DNA from: Thermoanaerobaculia bacterium
Lineage (GTDB): Bacteria > Acidobacteriota > Thermoanaerobaculia > Multivoradales > JBJKRB01
Direction: 5' to 3'
DNA length: 64,000 nt
Assembly: GCA_046704885.1 (NCBI GenBank)
Contig: JBJKRB010000082.1
Span: forward strand, 9,563 to 73,562
The position numbers and the translations under genes are program-made. The notes beneath the pieces were generated by a model. That model searched no databases. It had not been told where the DNA came from and saw only the letters and a list, made by a program, of their open reading frames with translations. How positions within the stretch are numbered: position 1 is the first letter of the stretch; each line of letters starts with the position of its first letter. Below are positions 27,491-37,029 of the stretch, in pieces.

Positions 27491-28390
27491 ATGCAGAGCC
27501 CGCTCGCAGAACGACAGACCGCCGCGGCCCCCGGGGTACGCGCCGCCGATTTGCTCGAGCTGGCCAAGCCGGGCATCACCTTCATGGTGGTGACCTCCTG
27601 TGCCATCGGATTCCTGATGGCGACCCAGCGGCTGGCGGAGCCCTGGACCCTGCTCAGCGCGCTGATCGGCACGGCCCTGGTTTCGGGAGGAGCATCGGCC
27701 TTCAACCACGTCTTCGAGCGGCGCCTCGACGCGAAGATGAGGCGGACCGCCGATCGTCCCCTCCCCACCGGACGCCTGCAGCCGGAGATCGCCCTGCTGT
27801 TTGCGATCTCGCTCGCGATCAGCGGCCTCGCGGAGCTTGCCCTGGCGGTGAACTGGGTCAGCGCCCTGCTCGGCGCCATCGCCCTGGTCGGGTATTCCTT
27901 CGTCTACACCCCGCTCAAGCGGGTCAGCTCGCTCGCCACCGTTCTCGGCGCCATACCGGGCGCCATCCCACCGATGATCGGCTGGGCCGCGGCGCGAGGA
28001 TCGGTCGACACCGGCGCCTGGATCCTCTTTGGGATTCTCTTCTTCTGGCAGATGCCACACTTCCTCGCCATCGCCTGGCTCTGCCGCGAGGACTATGCGC
28101 GGGCCGAGCTCCCCATGCTCACGGTGGGCGACGTCGACGGGCTGCAGACGGGCCGCCAGGTCATCCTCTACGGGGCGGCTCTTCTTCCCATGAGCCTCAT
28201 GCCCTCCGTCTTGGGTCTGACCGGCAGCTTCTACTTCATCGGCGCGCTCGCCGCGAGCCTCATCTATCTGGCCTTCTGCGTGGCCTTCGCGCTGCGTCCG
28301 GTCAATCGCGTCGCGCGCAAGCTCATGTTCGCGTCGATTCTCTACCTGCCCGCCGTCCTGGCGGTGATGGTGCTCGACCGCCTCTTGTGA
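27491..28390 (+). CDS. ctaB: Protoheme IX farnesyltransferase (heme O synthase)
   Basis: UbiA-family; hallmark FFWQMPHFLAIAW and 8-9 TM. Confidence 0.9.
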   Translation: MQSPLAERQTAAAPGVRAADLLELAKPGITFMVVTSCAIGFLMATQRLAEPWTLLSALIGTALVSGGASAFNHVFERRLDAKMRRTADRPLPTGRLQPEIALLFAISLAISGLAELALAVNWVSALLGAIALVGYSFVYTPLKRVSSLATVLGAIPGAIPPMIGWAAARGSVDTGAWILFGILFFWQMPHFLAIAWLCREDYARAELPMLTVGDVDGLQTGRQVILYGAALLPMSLMPSVLGLTGSFYFIGALAASLIYLAFCVAFALRPVNRVARKLMFASILYLPAVLAVMVLDRLL

Positions 28391-29361
28391 CCTCCACGGC
28401 ATTGAACATGGGGGCCAGCGCCGACTCGATCCCACGACTGGCGATCACGGCGCGCGGCCTCGGCTACTCCTACGGTTCGCGGCGAGCCCTCGACGGGCTG
28501 GAGTTCGACGTCGCGAGCGGCGAGGCCTTCGCCTTCCTCGGCCCCAACGGCGGTGGAAAGACCACGCTCTTCCGCCTCCTGTCTACGCTGGTCGCCCCGC
28601 AAGAGGGCAGCGTCGAGATTTTCGGCATCGACATTGAAGCGCGGCCGGCGGCGGCCCGGCGCCGCCTCGGAGTGGTCTTCCAGAACCCCTCGCTCGATCT
28701 CGAGCTCACGGTCGCGGAGAACCTCTTCTTCCAGGGCAACCTGTATGGTCTGCACGGTCGGCTCTTGCGCCAGCGCATCGACACACAGCTGGCTCAGTTC
28801 GGCATCACCGAGCGCCGCGACGAGCGCGCCAAGGCTCTTTCCGGCGGACTGCGGCGACGGGTCGAGATCGCCAAGGCTCTGCTCCACAAACCGGACCTTC
28901 TCCTCCTCGACGAGCCCTCCACCGGCCTCGACCCGGGCGCCCGTCGCGACCTCTGGCAGGTACTCGCGGGCCTGCAACGGGAGCAAGGAGTCACCATCCT
29001 TCTCACCACCCACTTCATGGACGAAGCCGACCGCTGCGACCGCATCGCGCTCATCGACCGCGGTCATCTCGTGGCCCTCGCCTCTCCCGCCGCCCTCAAG
29101 GAGGAGATCGGCGGGCAGGTCGTGACGCTCAAGGTCGCGGAGCCCGAGGCGTTCCGCGCCGCTCTCGCCGAGCGATTTGGACTCGACGCGGCGATCGTCG
29201 ACGGCAAGGTCCGCTTCGAGCTCACTGGCGCGCACCAATCCGTCGCTCGCCTGGCCGAGGCCTTTCCCGGAACGATCCATGAAATGACGATCGCCGATCC
29301 GACTTTGGAGGACGTCTTCCTGCGCCGCACCGGCCACCGCCTCGAGGAAACCGCGTCGTGA
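28387..29361 (+). CDS. ABC transporter ATP-binding protein (ABC-2/NosF-like type)
   Basis: Walker A GPNGGGKTT, signature LSGGLRRRVEIAKAL, Walker B LLLLDEPSTGLD. The GTG start overlaps the ctaB stop. Confidence 0.85.
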   Translation: MTSTALNMGASADSIPRLAITARGLGYSYGSRRALDGLEFDVASGEAFAFLGPNGGGKTTLFRLLSTLVAPQEGSVEIFGIDIEARPAAARRRLGVVFQNPSLDLELTVAENLFFQGNLYGLHGRLLRQRIDTQLAQFGITERRDERAKALSGGLRRRVEIAKALLHKPDLLLLDEPSTGLDPGARRDLWQVLAGLQREQGVTILLTTHFMDEADRCDRIALIDRGHLVALASPAALKEEIGGQVVTLKVAEPEAFRAALAERFGLDAAIVDGKVRFELTGAHQSVARLAEAFPGTIHEMTIADPTLEDVFLRRTGHRLEETAS

Positions 29362-30134
29362 GCCCGCTACCCGCGTTAAGCCTGTGGCGGCGCGAGCTCG
29401 TCCGCTTCGTGCGGCAGCCGAGCCGGATCGCCAGCGCCATTGCCACTCCGGTCCTGCTCTGGTTGCTCGTGGGCACGGGCCTCAGCCACTCGTTTCACCT
29501 TCCCGGCACGGCCACATCGAGCTACCTTCGATTCTTCTATCCCGGAATGATCCTCCTGGTCGTCCTGTTTGCGGCGATCTTCGCCACCATCTCGGTGATC
29601 GAAGACCGGCACGAAGGGTTCCTGCAGGGGGTCCTGGTCGCGCCCGTCGGTCGCTCCAGCTTGGTGCTCGGAAAGCTTCTCGGGGGGAGCACCATCGCCT
29701 GGCTGCAAGGAGTCGTGCTGCTGGCGCTGGCCCCATTCGCCGGAATTCGGCTGAGCTGGGTGGGTACCCTCGAAGCGGCCGGGGTGCTCGCCCTGATCGC
29801 CCTCGCGATGACCGCTCTGGGATTCGGATTCGCCTGGAAGGTCGACTCCACACAGGGCTATCATGGAGTCATGAACCTCGTCATGTTCCCCCTCTGGCTA
29901 CTCTCCGGCGCCCTCTTCCCCGCCGCTGGCGCACCGCGCTGGCTCGCCTGGGTCATGAAGCTCAACCCCCTCACCTACGGACTCGCCGCCCTGCGCCATG
30001 CTCTCTTCTCGCCGCTCGCCGCGGGCAGGGCCGCGGGCTCCCCCTCCTTCAGCCTCGCGCTCGCCGTAACCGCGGCGGTGTGCGTGGCCCTCGCGGGAGC
30101 GGATCTCTGGCTGGTTCAGGGGGCAGCGGCATGA
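29358..30134 (+). CDS. ABC-2 family transporter permease
   Basis: 6-TM ABC-2-type permease (LWRRELVRFVRQPSR N-terminus); start overlaps the ATPase stop. Confidence 0.8.
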   Translation: MSPLPALSLWRRELVRFVRQPSRIASAIATPVLLWLLVGTGLSHSFHLPGTATSSYLRFFYPGMILLVVLFAAIFATISVIEDRHEGFLQGVLVAPVGRSSLVLGKLLGGSTIAWLQGVVLLALAPFAGIRLSWVGTLEAAGVLALIALAMTALGFGFAWKVDSTQGYHGVMNLVMFPLWLLSGALFPAAGAPRWLAWVMKLNPLTYGLAALRHALFSPLAAGRAAGSPSFSLALAVTAAVCVALAGADLWLVQGAAA

Positions 30135-30805
30135 GCAACGGGAAAGCTACCGGTCCCGTCCCTCGCGGCTTCATCTGGGGAGCGCTCTCCTTCGCATTGC
30201 TCCTGGTGGTGATCGCCGCGATCACCTTCGCTTACCATGATCGCCAGGCGGCTCCCTCGCGAACTGCCGTGTCCAGCGCGGCTCCAGCGGTCCTCTATAC
30301 CTTGCCGGATTTCTCCTTGACCAATCGCGATGGAAGAACGATCACCAAGGCGGATCTTGCCGGGAAGCCCTGGATCGCCGACTTCATCTTCACGCGCTGC
30401 CGGCAGCAGTGCCCACTGCTCACGACCCAGCTCAAGGCATTGGGCTCCAAGCTGCCGCCGGGCGTGCACCGCGTCTCCTTTACGGTGGACCCGAGCTACG
30501 ATACGCCCAAGATCTTGACCGAGTACGCACAGGCGCACACGATCAAGGATCCGAACTGGCTCTTCCTGACCGGCAAGCGCGACTACGTCCTCGGGCTGAT
30601 CAAGAACGGCTTCAAGCTGACGGTCCTGCAGCAGACCGCACAGACGCGGCCCAGCAATCAGCCACCCATCGTCCACACCACCCGCTTCGTCCTGGTCGAT
30701 GGTCATGGGAACATCCGCGGGTACTACGACGGCCTGACGCCTGACGGCCGCCAGCACCTGCTGCGCGACGTCAAGGCTCTCGTCGCCGCCCACAAGACGT
30801 CCTGA
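30131..30805 (+). CDS. SCO1/SenC-family thiol-disulfide/copper chaperone, N-terminally anchored (second paralog)
   Basis: FTRCRQQCP CxxxC motif; N-terminal TM; ATGA overlap with the permease stop. Confidence 0.8.
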   Translation: MSNGKATGPVPRGFIWGALSFALLLVVIAAITFAYHDRQAAPSRTAVSSAAPAVLYTLPDFSLTNRDGRTITKADLAGKPWIADFIFTRCRQQCPLLTTQLKALGSKLPPGVHRVSFTVDPSYDTPKILTEYAQAHTIKDPNWLFLTGKRDYVLGLIKNGFKLTVLQQTAQTRPSNQPPIVHTTRFVLVDGHGNIRGYYDGLTPDGRQHLLRDVKALVAAHKTS

Positions 30806-30817
30806 GGGGGCCATAGC

Positions 30818-31342
30818 GTGCGTTTGATCGCGATTCTACCGGTCGCCAACGCCACCCTGAACGGTCTCGCGGCGGCCCTCCTCGTGGCCGGTTTCTTCGC
30901 CATCCGCGGGCACCACGTTCGTATCCATCGGGCCCTGATGATCAGCGCCTTCGGTAGCTCGGTCTTGTTTCTCGCCGGCTACTTGACCTTTCATTTCCTG
31001 GCGGGAGTGGTGCACTTCACCGCCACCGGTACAGCGGCACGAAGGGCCTACTTCACACTGCTGATCAGCCACACCGTTCTGGCGGCGGCGGTGCCGGTGC
31101 TCGCGATCATCGTTCTCACCCTCGCCCTGCGCCGGCGTTTTCGCCGCCACCGCGCCCTGGCGCGCTGGACCCTGCCGATCTGGCTCTATGTGTCGATCAC
31201 CGGCGTGGTGATCTATTGGATTCTGTTCCCGGCGGGTCTCGGCTCTCAGCCGCGCTCTGGAGGCTCGAGCGCAAGCGTGGCCTCCTCGCTCTCTTCGCCG
31301 GGGTCCGCAACCTCTGCCTCACCGTTCGAGCGCGGCAAGTAG
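30818..31342 (+). CDS. DUF420 membrane protein (CtaM-like oxidase accessory protein)
   Basis: 4-TM small membrane protein with the conserved DUF420 pattern; the low-complexity Ser-rich C-terminal tail may be read-through. GTG start. Confidence 0.65.
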   Translation: MRLIAILPVANATLNGLAAALLVAGFFAIRGHHVRIHRALMISAFGSSVLFLAGYLTFHFLAGVVHFTATGTAARRAYFTLLISHTVLAAAVPVLAIIVLTLALRRRFRRHRALARWTLPIWLYVSITGVVIYWILFPAGLGSQPRSGGSSASVASSLSSPGSATSASPFERGK

Positions 31343-32280
31343 ACGTACCTCCCCAAAGGCTTCAAGTAGGGAAGCTCGCTTGCTCCCAGGGCCGCCTGGC
31401 GCAGTTGCGCCAGCTTCGAGTCGAGGTCGTCGATGGCGTTCAAGGCCAGCGCCTCCGCGGTCATCGGCACCACCGGAGAGCCGAACTCCTGGCGCCCCTG
31501 GTGGGAGAGCACCAGATGCTCGAGGTGAAGGCGAAGATCAGCGGGAAAATCCTCAATCGCCGCGCAGCGCTCGCGCAAGAGGTCGCGGCCGATGACCACG
31601 TGCCCCACCAGTCGACCCTCCAAGGTGTAGTCGTTGGCCGGCAAGGACTCGAGCTCGATCAGCTTTCCCAAGTCGTGGAAGAGGACGCCGACCAGGAGGA
31701 GATCACGGTCGATCTCGCGGTAGTGATCCGCCACGGCAACCGCGAGCTCGGCCATCGAGACCACGTGCTCGAGCAAACCACCACGATAGGCGTGATGAAT
31801 CATCTTGGCCGCCGGGTGCTCGCGCAACTGTCCACCGTAGGTCTCGAGGGTCTCTAGCGCCAAGCGCTTGAGAGGCGCCCGTTGAATTTGGCTGGCGACG
31901 AGATCGCTCAAGCGGCGCCATAGCTCGTCGATGTCTTCGCGCGTGGTCGGAACCAGCCGCCCCGGATCGAAGCCGAACTCGCGATCGGCTTCCGTCGCCG
32001 TCCGGCAATCGGTCACCGTCATCTGGAGCTCGCCGCGATAGCTCTTGACCAGTCCCTTGTAAGCGACGAAGGTTCCCGCCTCGTAGTCGCCGTCGAGAGC
32101 GCTGGCATCGGACCAGACCTTGGCGGCGATCGACCCACTCTCGTCGGCGAGCACGAGGTCGAGGAAGTCGCGGCCGTTCTTGTCCTGCCGCCGTTCCTTC
32201 TTGGCGAGCAGAGCGAAGCCGGCGACGGAGTCTCCCTCCGCGAGGCTTGCGATTTCAGGATTACGGCGTTGCGGGCTCAT
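31246..32280 (-). CDS. YhaM-like 3'-5' exoribonuclease (OB-fold + HD domain)
   Basis: N-terminal OB fold (DFLDLVLADESGSIAAKVW) and HD motif VLFHDLGK ... H..E.L..H. Confidence 0.7.
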   Translation of the reverse strand: MSPQRRNPEIASLAEGDSVAGFALLAKKERRQDKNGRDFLDLVLADESGSIAAKVWSDASALDGDYEAGTFVAYKGLVKSYRGELQMTVTDCRTATEADREFGFDPGRLVPTTREDIDELWRRLSDLVASQIQRAPLKRLALETLETYGGQLREHPAAKMIHHAYRGGLLEHVVSMAELAVAVADHYREIDRDLLLVGVLFHDLGKLIELESLPANDYTLEGRLVGHVVIGRDLLRERCAAIEDFPADLRLHLEHLVLSHQGRQEFGSPVVPMTAEALALNAIDDLDSKLAQLRQAALGASELPYLKPLGRYVYLPRSNGEAEVADPGEESEEATLALEPPERG

Positions 32281-32388
32281 GACGTGAGGACCAGAAGGGT
32301 CGTTCGTCCGTAACTATAGAGGGAGAACGTCCCGCGCGCCAGCGAACGACCCAGGCAAATGGCGCTAAGCTGAGCCAGGGAGATCCGC

Positions 32389-34944
32389 ATGATGTCGTCG
32401 AGAAGCCTTCCGCAAGCCCTGCGCGCACTGCCGACGGTCGCCCTCTTGGCGACCATGATCGTGGCCGGCGCTCTCGCCGCGCGCGCCACCGCCACCGACC
32501 CCGACACCTGGCCGGCGGCGCAGAGATCCTTCTGGGAGGATGGGCCTTCACTCCTCTTGACCCGGCAGGAGCGCGAGCGGTTTCTGGCCCTCGATCAGTC
32601 AGGAAGAAGCGCCTTCATCGCAAAGTTCCTGAGCGATCCGATTCCGTCCACGAAAGAAAACGAGCTAGTCGCAGGCATCGAGCGCCGGCAGCGGCTCGTG
32701 CGACACGACTTCCTCTCTCCCCTGGACGATCGCGCCCGCCTGCTCTTTCTGCACGGGGTCCCCGACCAGCGCCAACCGATCGCCTGCGGCGAGGTCTACA
32801 AGCCGATCGAGCTGTGGACGTATGGCAAACGCACGCTGGTCCTCTATCGCCCCGGCCCCTCCGAGCCTTATCAGCTCTGGACCCCTCTCGACGGAAAGCC
32901 CTCGCTCTACACCGACGAGATGAAGTACTACCTCGAGCAGTGGGCCATCTTGAAGTACCGAGTCATCGGCGGCAGATTTGACCGGCAGATCTGCCCGAAG
33001 GCGGTCAAGCTGGTGGACGGCGCCACCGGGGTGTCGGGCCTCTATGACGGCGAGAGGCACCGCCCCACGGTGGTCGAGCTGCAGAGCTACCTGGCGCCTC
33101 CCACTGATCTCGCGACCTGGGCGCAAGAGGCCGCCGCAACCTCGGTCAGCGGTTTTCCCGAGCCGCTACCGGTGAGCGGGATCGATATCCACTTCCCCTC
33201 CTGGCACGGGCAGCGCATCCTCACTCGCTTCATCGTCACCGTCCCCCCCTCGGCGAACCTCAAACCTCACGCCAAGAGCGAAGACACCAAGGGGAAGCCG
33301 GAGCTCGACCTGCTCGTCGACGGCGCCATCGAAGAACGAGGTCACCTCTTCGACGAGCTGCGCACCCGTTTCGAGCCGCCGCCTCCTGGCAACCATCCCT
33401 TGGCCCTGGTGGTCGACGAGCCCCTGCGGCCTCAACACACTTTTCTCGTTCGCCTGCGGATCACCGATCAAGCGAGCGGCAGGGTCGCCTACCTGACCCG
33501 CGGATTCACCGTCCCCAGCGAGCCCAAGCCGGAGGCCGCGGCAAGCCCCGGCACCCTGTACGCCAGTGCCGCCCAGCTTGCCCAAGAGACCCAGCTCAAA
33601 GGCAAGGACAGCCTGGTGCTGTTTCCACCCACGCAGGACGTGGTGGTCGGCTTGTGGCGCGCCGAGGTCGCGGTCACCGGTCAGCGCATCGTCAAGGTGA
33701 CTTTTTCCGTCGACGGCAAGCCACAGATGACGATCAATCAGCCACCCTTCACGGCGGAGGTCCGCCTCGATCCTCTCCCCCACGAGCAGGTGGTAAAGGC
33801 AGCGGGATATGACAAGGATGGAAAGCTCGTGGCATCCGACGAGGTCGCCCTCAATCAGCCGCGCGGCGCCTTCCGGGTCAGCATTCTCGCCCCCGCGCGC
33901 GGCTTCCACGGCAGCGGCAAGACAACCGCCCGCGCCGAGGTGACCGTGCCCGAGGGGCGCTCCCTCACCGAGGTCGACTTCTCGCTCAACAACAAAGAGG
34001 TGGCGACACGCAAGGCACCTCCGTGGAGCGCGGAGATCGACGTGCCGGAGGCGAGCGGGGTCACCTACCTCACCGTCACGGCGACGCTCGACGACGGCAC
34101 CAAGGCAGACGCGGTGCGCTTCCTCAACGCGCCGAAGTACCTCGATATCGTGGACGTCACGCTGGTCGAGCTCTATACCGCGGTCACCGATCGCCACGGA
34201 CGACCGGTCGAGGGTCTGTCGCAAAGCGACTTCCAAGTCTTGGAAGATGGACGGCCGCAAAAGATCCAGAAGTTCCAGCAAGTGGAAAACCTTCCCTTGA
34301 CGGTGGGCGTCATGATCGACACTTCGGGATCGATGGCAAGCTCGTTGAGCGACGCGCAGGCCGCGGCCACCGACTTCCTCACTGGCATCCTCAAGCCCGG
34401 CGATCGCTGCTTCGTCCTCAGCTTCTCCGACTCGCCCCGCCTCCTCATGGCGCCGACCAGTGACAAGTCGGCCTGCACCGGGGCGCTCGGCTCGCTGCGC
34501 GCCGAGGGCTCCACCAGCCTCTACGATGCCCTTGTCACCAGCCTCTACTACTTCCGCGCCTTCCGCGGACAGCGCGCCTTGATCGTGCTCTCCGACGGCG
34601 AGGACAACTCCAGCCACCTGCCCTATCGCTCGGCTCTCGAGTTCGCGCGCCGTAGCGGCGTCGCGATCTACACCGTCGGATTGCGCATCTCCGTCCTCGA
34701 TCGAGGCGTGCGGAGCAAGCTCGCCGAGCTGGCGCAAGAGACCGGTGGGAGATCGTTCTTCATCAAGAGCGCCAAGGAGCTCGCCGGGGTCTACTCCCAG
34801 ATCGAAGCCGAGCTTCGCACCCGCTACCTCATCACCTATACTTCCGACCGCCCTCCCGGCAAGAAGCACGAGTTCCGCACCGTCCAGGTGAAGGTCGACA
34901 GACCAGGGATGACCGCGCGCACCATCCACGGCTACTACCCCTAG
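32389..34944 (+). CDS. Secreted GWxTD-domain protein with C-terminal von Willebrand factor A domain
   Basis: Signal peptide; N-terminal FWEDGPS...FLSDP region like the GWxTD family; C-terminal vWA with MIDTSGSM (MIDAS DxSxS), LYDAL and LIVLSDGEDN. Confidence 0.75.
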   Translation: MMSSRSLPQALRALPTVALLATMIVAGALAARATATDPDTWPAAQRSFWEDGPSLLLTRQERERFLALDQSGRSAFIAKFLSDPIPSTKENELVAGIERRQRLVRHDFLSPLDDRARLLFLHGVPDQRQPIACGEVYKPIELWTYGKRTLVLYRPGPSEPYQLWTPLDGKPSLYTDEMKYYLEQWAILKYRVIGGRFDRQICPKAVKLVDGATGVSGLYDGERHRPTVVELQSYLAPPTDLATWAQEAAATSVSGFPEPLPVSGIDIHFPSWHGQRILTRFIVTVPPSANLKPHAKSEDTKGKPELDLLVDGAIEERGHLFDELRTRFEPPPPGNHPLALVVDEPLRPQHTFLVRLRITDQASGRVAYLTRGFTVPSEPKPEAAASPGTLYASAAQLAQETQLKGKDSLVLFPPTQDVVVGLWRAEVAVTGQRIVKVTFSVDGKPQMTINQPPFTAEVRLDPLPHEQVVKAAGYDKDGKLVASDEVALNQPRGAFRVSILAPARGFHGSGKTTARAEVTVPEGRSLTEVDFSLNNKEVATRKAPPWSAEIDVPEASGVTYLTVTATLDDGTKADAVRFLNAPKYLDIVDVTLVELYTAVTDRHGRPVEGLSQSDFQVLEDGRPQKIQKFQQVENLPLTVGVMIDTSGSMASSLSDAQAAATDFLTGILKPGDRCFVLSFSDSPRLLMAPTSDKSACTGALGSLRAEGSTSLYDALVTSLYYFRAFRGQRALIVLSDGEDNSSHLPYRSALEFARRSGVAIYTVGLRISVLDRGVRSKLAELAQETGGRSFFIKSAKELAGVYSQIEAELRTRYLITYTSDRPPGKKHEFRTVQVKVDRPGMTARTIHGYYP

Positions 34945-35037
34945 CCCGGACACGAACGCCACATGGTCGCGTTCGCCAGGAGCAACGGCGCGAGCGCCGC
35001 ACTGCTAGAATGGCCGCTCGCTAGGCCACCCTCCGAC

Positions 35038-35760
35038 ATGCGACTCCCGAACAGAGCATCTGCCGCCGTCTTCGCCCTCATCGGCTCGGCAACGATCCTC
35101 CTGCCGGCGATCTTGCTCGGCCAATCGGCCCCGACCTCGAAGGGTGAAGCGGACTTCCGCTTCAAAGAGCTCAACCACCCCTACCAGGACATTCTCCCGC
35201 CGCTCGCTCCAGTGGCCCAAGGGCCGCTGACGATTCAGCTCAACTCGCCGCACCAGACTCTCGACTTGATCGATAACGAGGTGCACGCCCACCCCAACGG
35301 GGATGGCACCCACGAGCTCACCGTCGACTTGATGGTGGCCGGACGCGGGGAGCTCATCGCCAAGATGAGCCTCGCGGACATGACGCGAACGATCCACGAT
35401 CAGGTCGAGCTTCCGCGACAGAGCAAGACCGTGGAAGCGACGGTGAGGATTCGCTCGGCGGCCGGCGCCTACGAGATCACCACGGTACGCCTTCCTAGCC
35501 AGGTAACCCTGGCCATCCGCAGCGGGGTGGGAGACCGGATCATCGGATGGTGCAATCGAATGGCGCTGATCCCCTTCTTTGCCCTCGACTGTGACGGGCT
35601 CACGCAGTCGCTTCAGACCGCGGTGATTCCTCTGCCGCCGCCGGGATCGACCTATGAGCTCCCGTATGACCAATTGACCCCTGATGAAAAGGCTCAGATC
35701 GACGCCTATCTCTCCACGAGCGGTACGGCGGCGGTGCCGGCGGCGGGGAGACAACCGTGA
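35038..35760 (+). CDS. Hypothetical exported protein (signal/anchor sequence), translationally coupled to the rhomboid gene
   Basis: MRLPNRASAAVFALIGSATILLPAILLG hydrophobic N-terminus; the stop TGA overlaps the GTG start of the next gene (GTGA). Confidence 0.5.
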   Translation: MRLPNRASAAVFALIGSATILLPAILLGQSAPTSKGEADFRFKELNHPYQDILPPLAPVAQGPLTIQLNSPHQTLDLIDNEVHAHPNGDGTHELTVDLMVAGRGELIAKMSLADMTRTIHDQVELPRQSKTVEATVRIRSAAGAYEITTVRLPSQVTLAIRSGVGDRIIGWCNRMALIPFFALDCDGLTQSLQTAVIPLPPPGSTYELPYDQLTPDEKAQIDAYLSTSGTAAVPAAGRQP

Positions 35761-36344
35761 GAATTCGGTTCAAGGATGCCCCCGCCACCTTTTCGTTGCT
35801 CGGGCTGATCGCCATCGTCTTTCTCCTCGAGGAGGCCTCCGGAGGGGCCGGCAACCCACGCGTTCTAGTCCAGTTCGGCGCGCTGTATCCCCCGCTCGTC
35901 TGGGCCGGACAGTGGTGGCGGCTCATTGCCGTGCTCTTCGTCCATGTCGGTCTGGCGCACGTAGCGCTCAATGGATGGGCGCTCTACCAACTGGGAATGC
36001 TCTTCGAGATCAGCTTCGGCACCGCGCGCATGCTCGCTGTCTACTTTGCTTGCGGCCTGGGAAGCTCGCTCGCCAGCCTGCTATGGACCCGGAATCTCTC
36101 GGCGGGCGCGTCGGGCGCGATCTTCGGACTTCTTGGAGCCCTCCTCATCTTTCTCCTGCGCCACCACCAGCGCCTGCGGCCGGAAGCAAAGACCCTGATG
36201 ATCGAGCTCGCCTTCTGGGGCGTGATCAACGTGGCCTACGGCTTCAGCAACCCGGCGATCGACAATGCCGCCCATCTCGGCGGTTGCGCGGTCGGGGCGA
36301 TCATCGGCCTCTTCCTGGTGCAGCCGAGACGCGCCCCGATCTAA
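35757..36344 (+). CDS. Rhomboid-family intramembrane serine protease
   Basis: 6 TM; catalytic GASGAIFGLLGA (Ser) and AHLGG (His) motifs. Confidence 0.8.
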   Translation: MRIRFKDAPATFSLLGLIAIVFLLEEASGGAGNPRVLVQFGALYPPLVWAGQWWRLIAVLFVHVGLAHVALNGWALYQLGMLFEISFGTARMLAVYFACGLGSSLASLLWTRNLSAGASGAIFGLLGALLIFLLRHHQRLRPEAKTLMIELAFWGVINVAYGFSNPAIDNAAHLGGCAVGAIIGLFLVQPRRAPI

Positions 36345-36480
36345 GGCGCGGCGCAAAGCCTCCCGCTTCCCTCTCCAGAAGCTCTAAAACTCTGATAGCA
36401 TAGCGGGTTGGACGTATCGCCCCGCGCTCGGAAGGGCCAGACATGGGGCTCCCCCTCTCATGAGATTTGGAGGAATATCG

Positions 36481-37029
36481 ATGGCAACACGACACTCCAT
36501 GCCGAACCTCTACTACTTCACGATCGAAGACGAATCGATGCTCGCCGAAGCTTTCGCCGGGCTCGATCGCGACGTCTTCGCCATCGCGTACAAGGTAGAC
36601 GGCAGCGAAGACGTCTTCGTCACCACGGCCGAGACCAAGCAGGCCATGGATCGCAACGACGTTCCCTACCACCTTCTCGCCGAGGAGGATGCGCGCCGCG
36701 TGGCCGTGTATCACAGCGTGCTTTCCCGCGAAGAGCTGATCGACTACGAGGACGTGCTCAAGGCTTTGACTTTGGCTTACAGGGGCATCGCCGTCGCCTG
36801 CGTAGGGGTCAACGGCGACAGCGACCTCGGCTTCGATCTGAGCGACGGAGAGGCGCGTTTCACCTACTTCACACCGCCCTCAGGACACACCTTCATCCTG
36901 CGCGTCTTCGTCGACCGCAAGGACGCGGTCGAGTTCATCAGCCGCCGCAACGAGGGTGAGGACGAAGCCGTCGAGTGGGCCAAGACGATCCCGCTCGAAT
37001 CCTCCGAGGAGCTTGCCACCTATCACTGA
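36481..37029 (+). CDS. Hypothetical protein (SseB-like / DUF-type soluble protein)
   Basis: 183 aa, acidic, no TM; coding-like codon usage; function unknown. Confidence 0.5.
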   Translation: MATRHSMPNLYYFTIEDESMLAEAFAGLDRDVFAIAYKVDGSEDVFVTTAETKQAMDRNDVPYHLLAEEDARRVAVYHSVLSREELIDYEDVLKALTLAYRGIAVACVGVNGDSDLGFDLSDGEARFTYFTPPSGHTFILRVFVDRKDAVEFISRRNEGEDEAVEWAKTIPLESSEELATYH

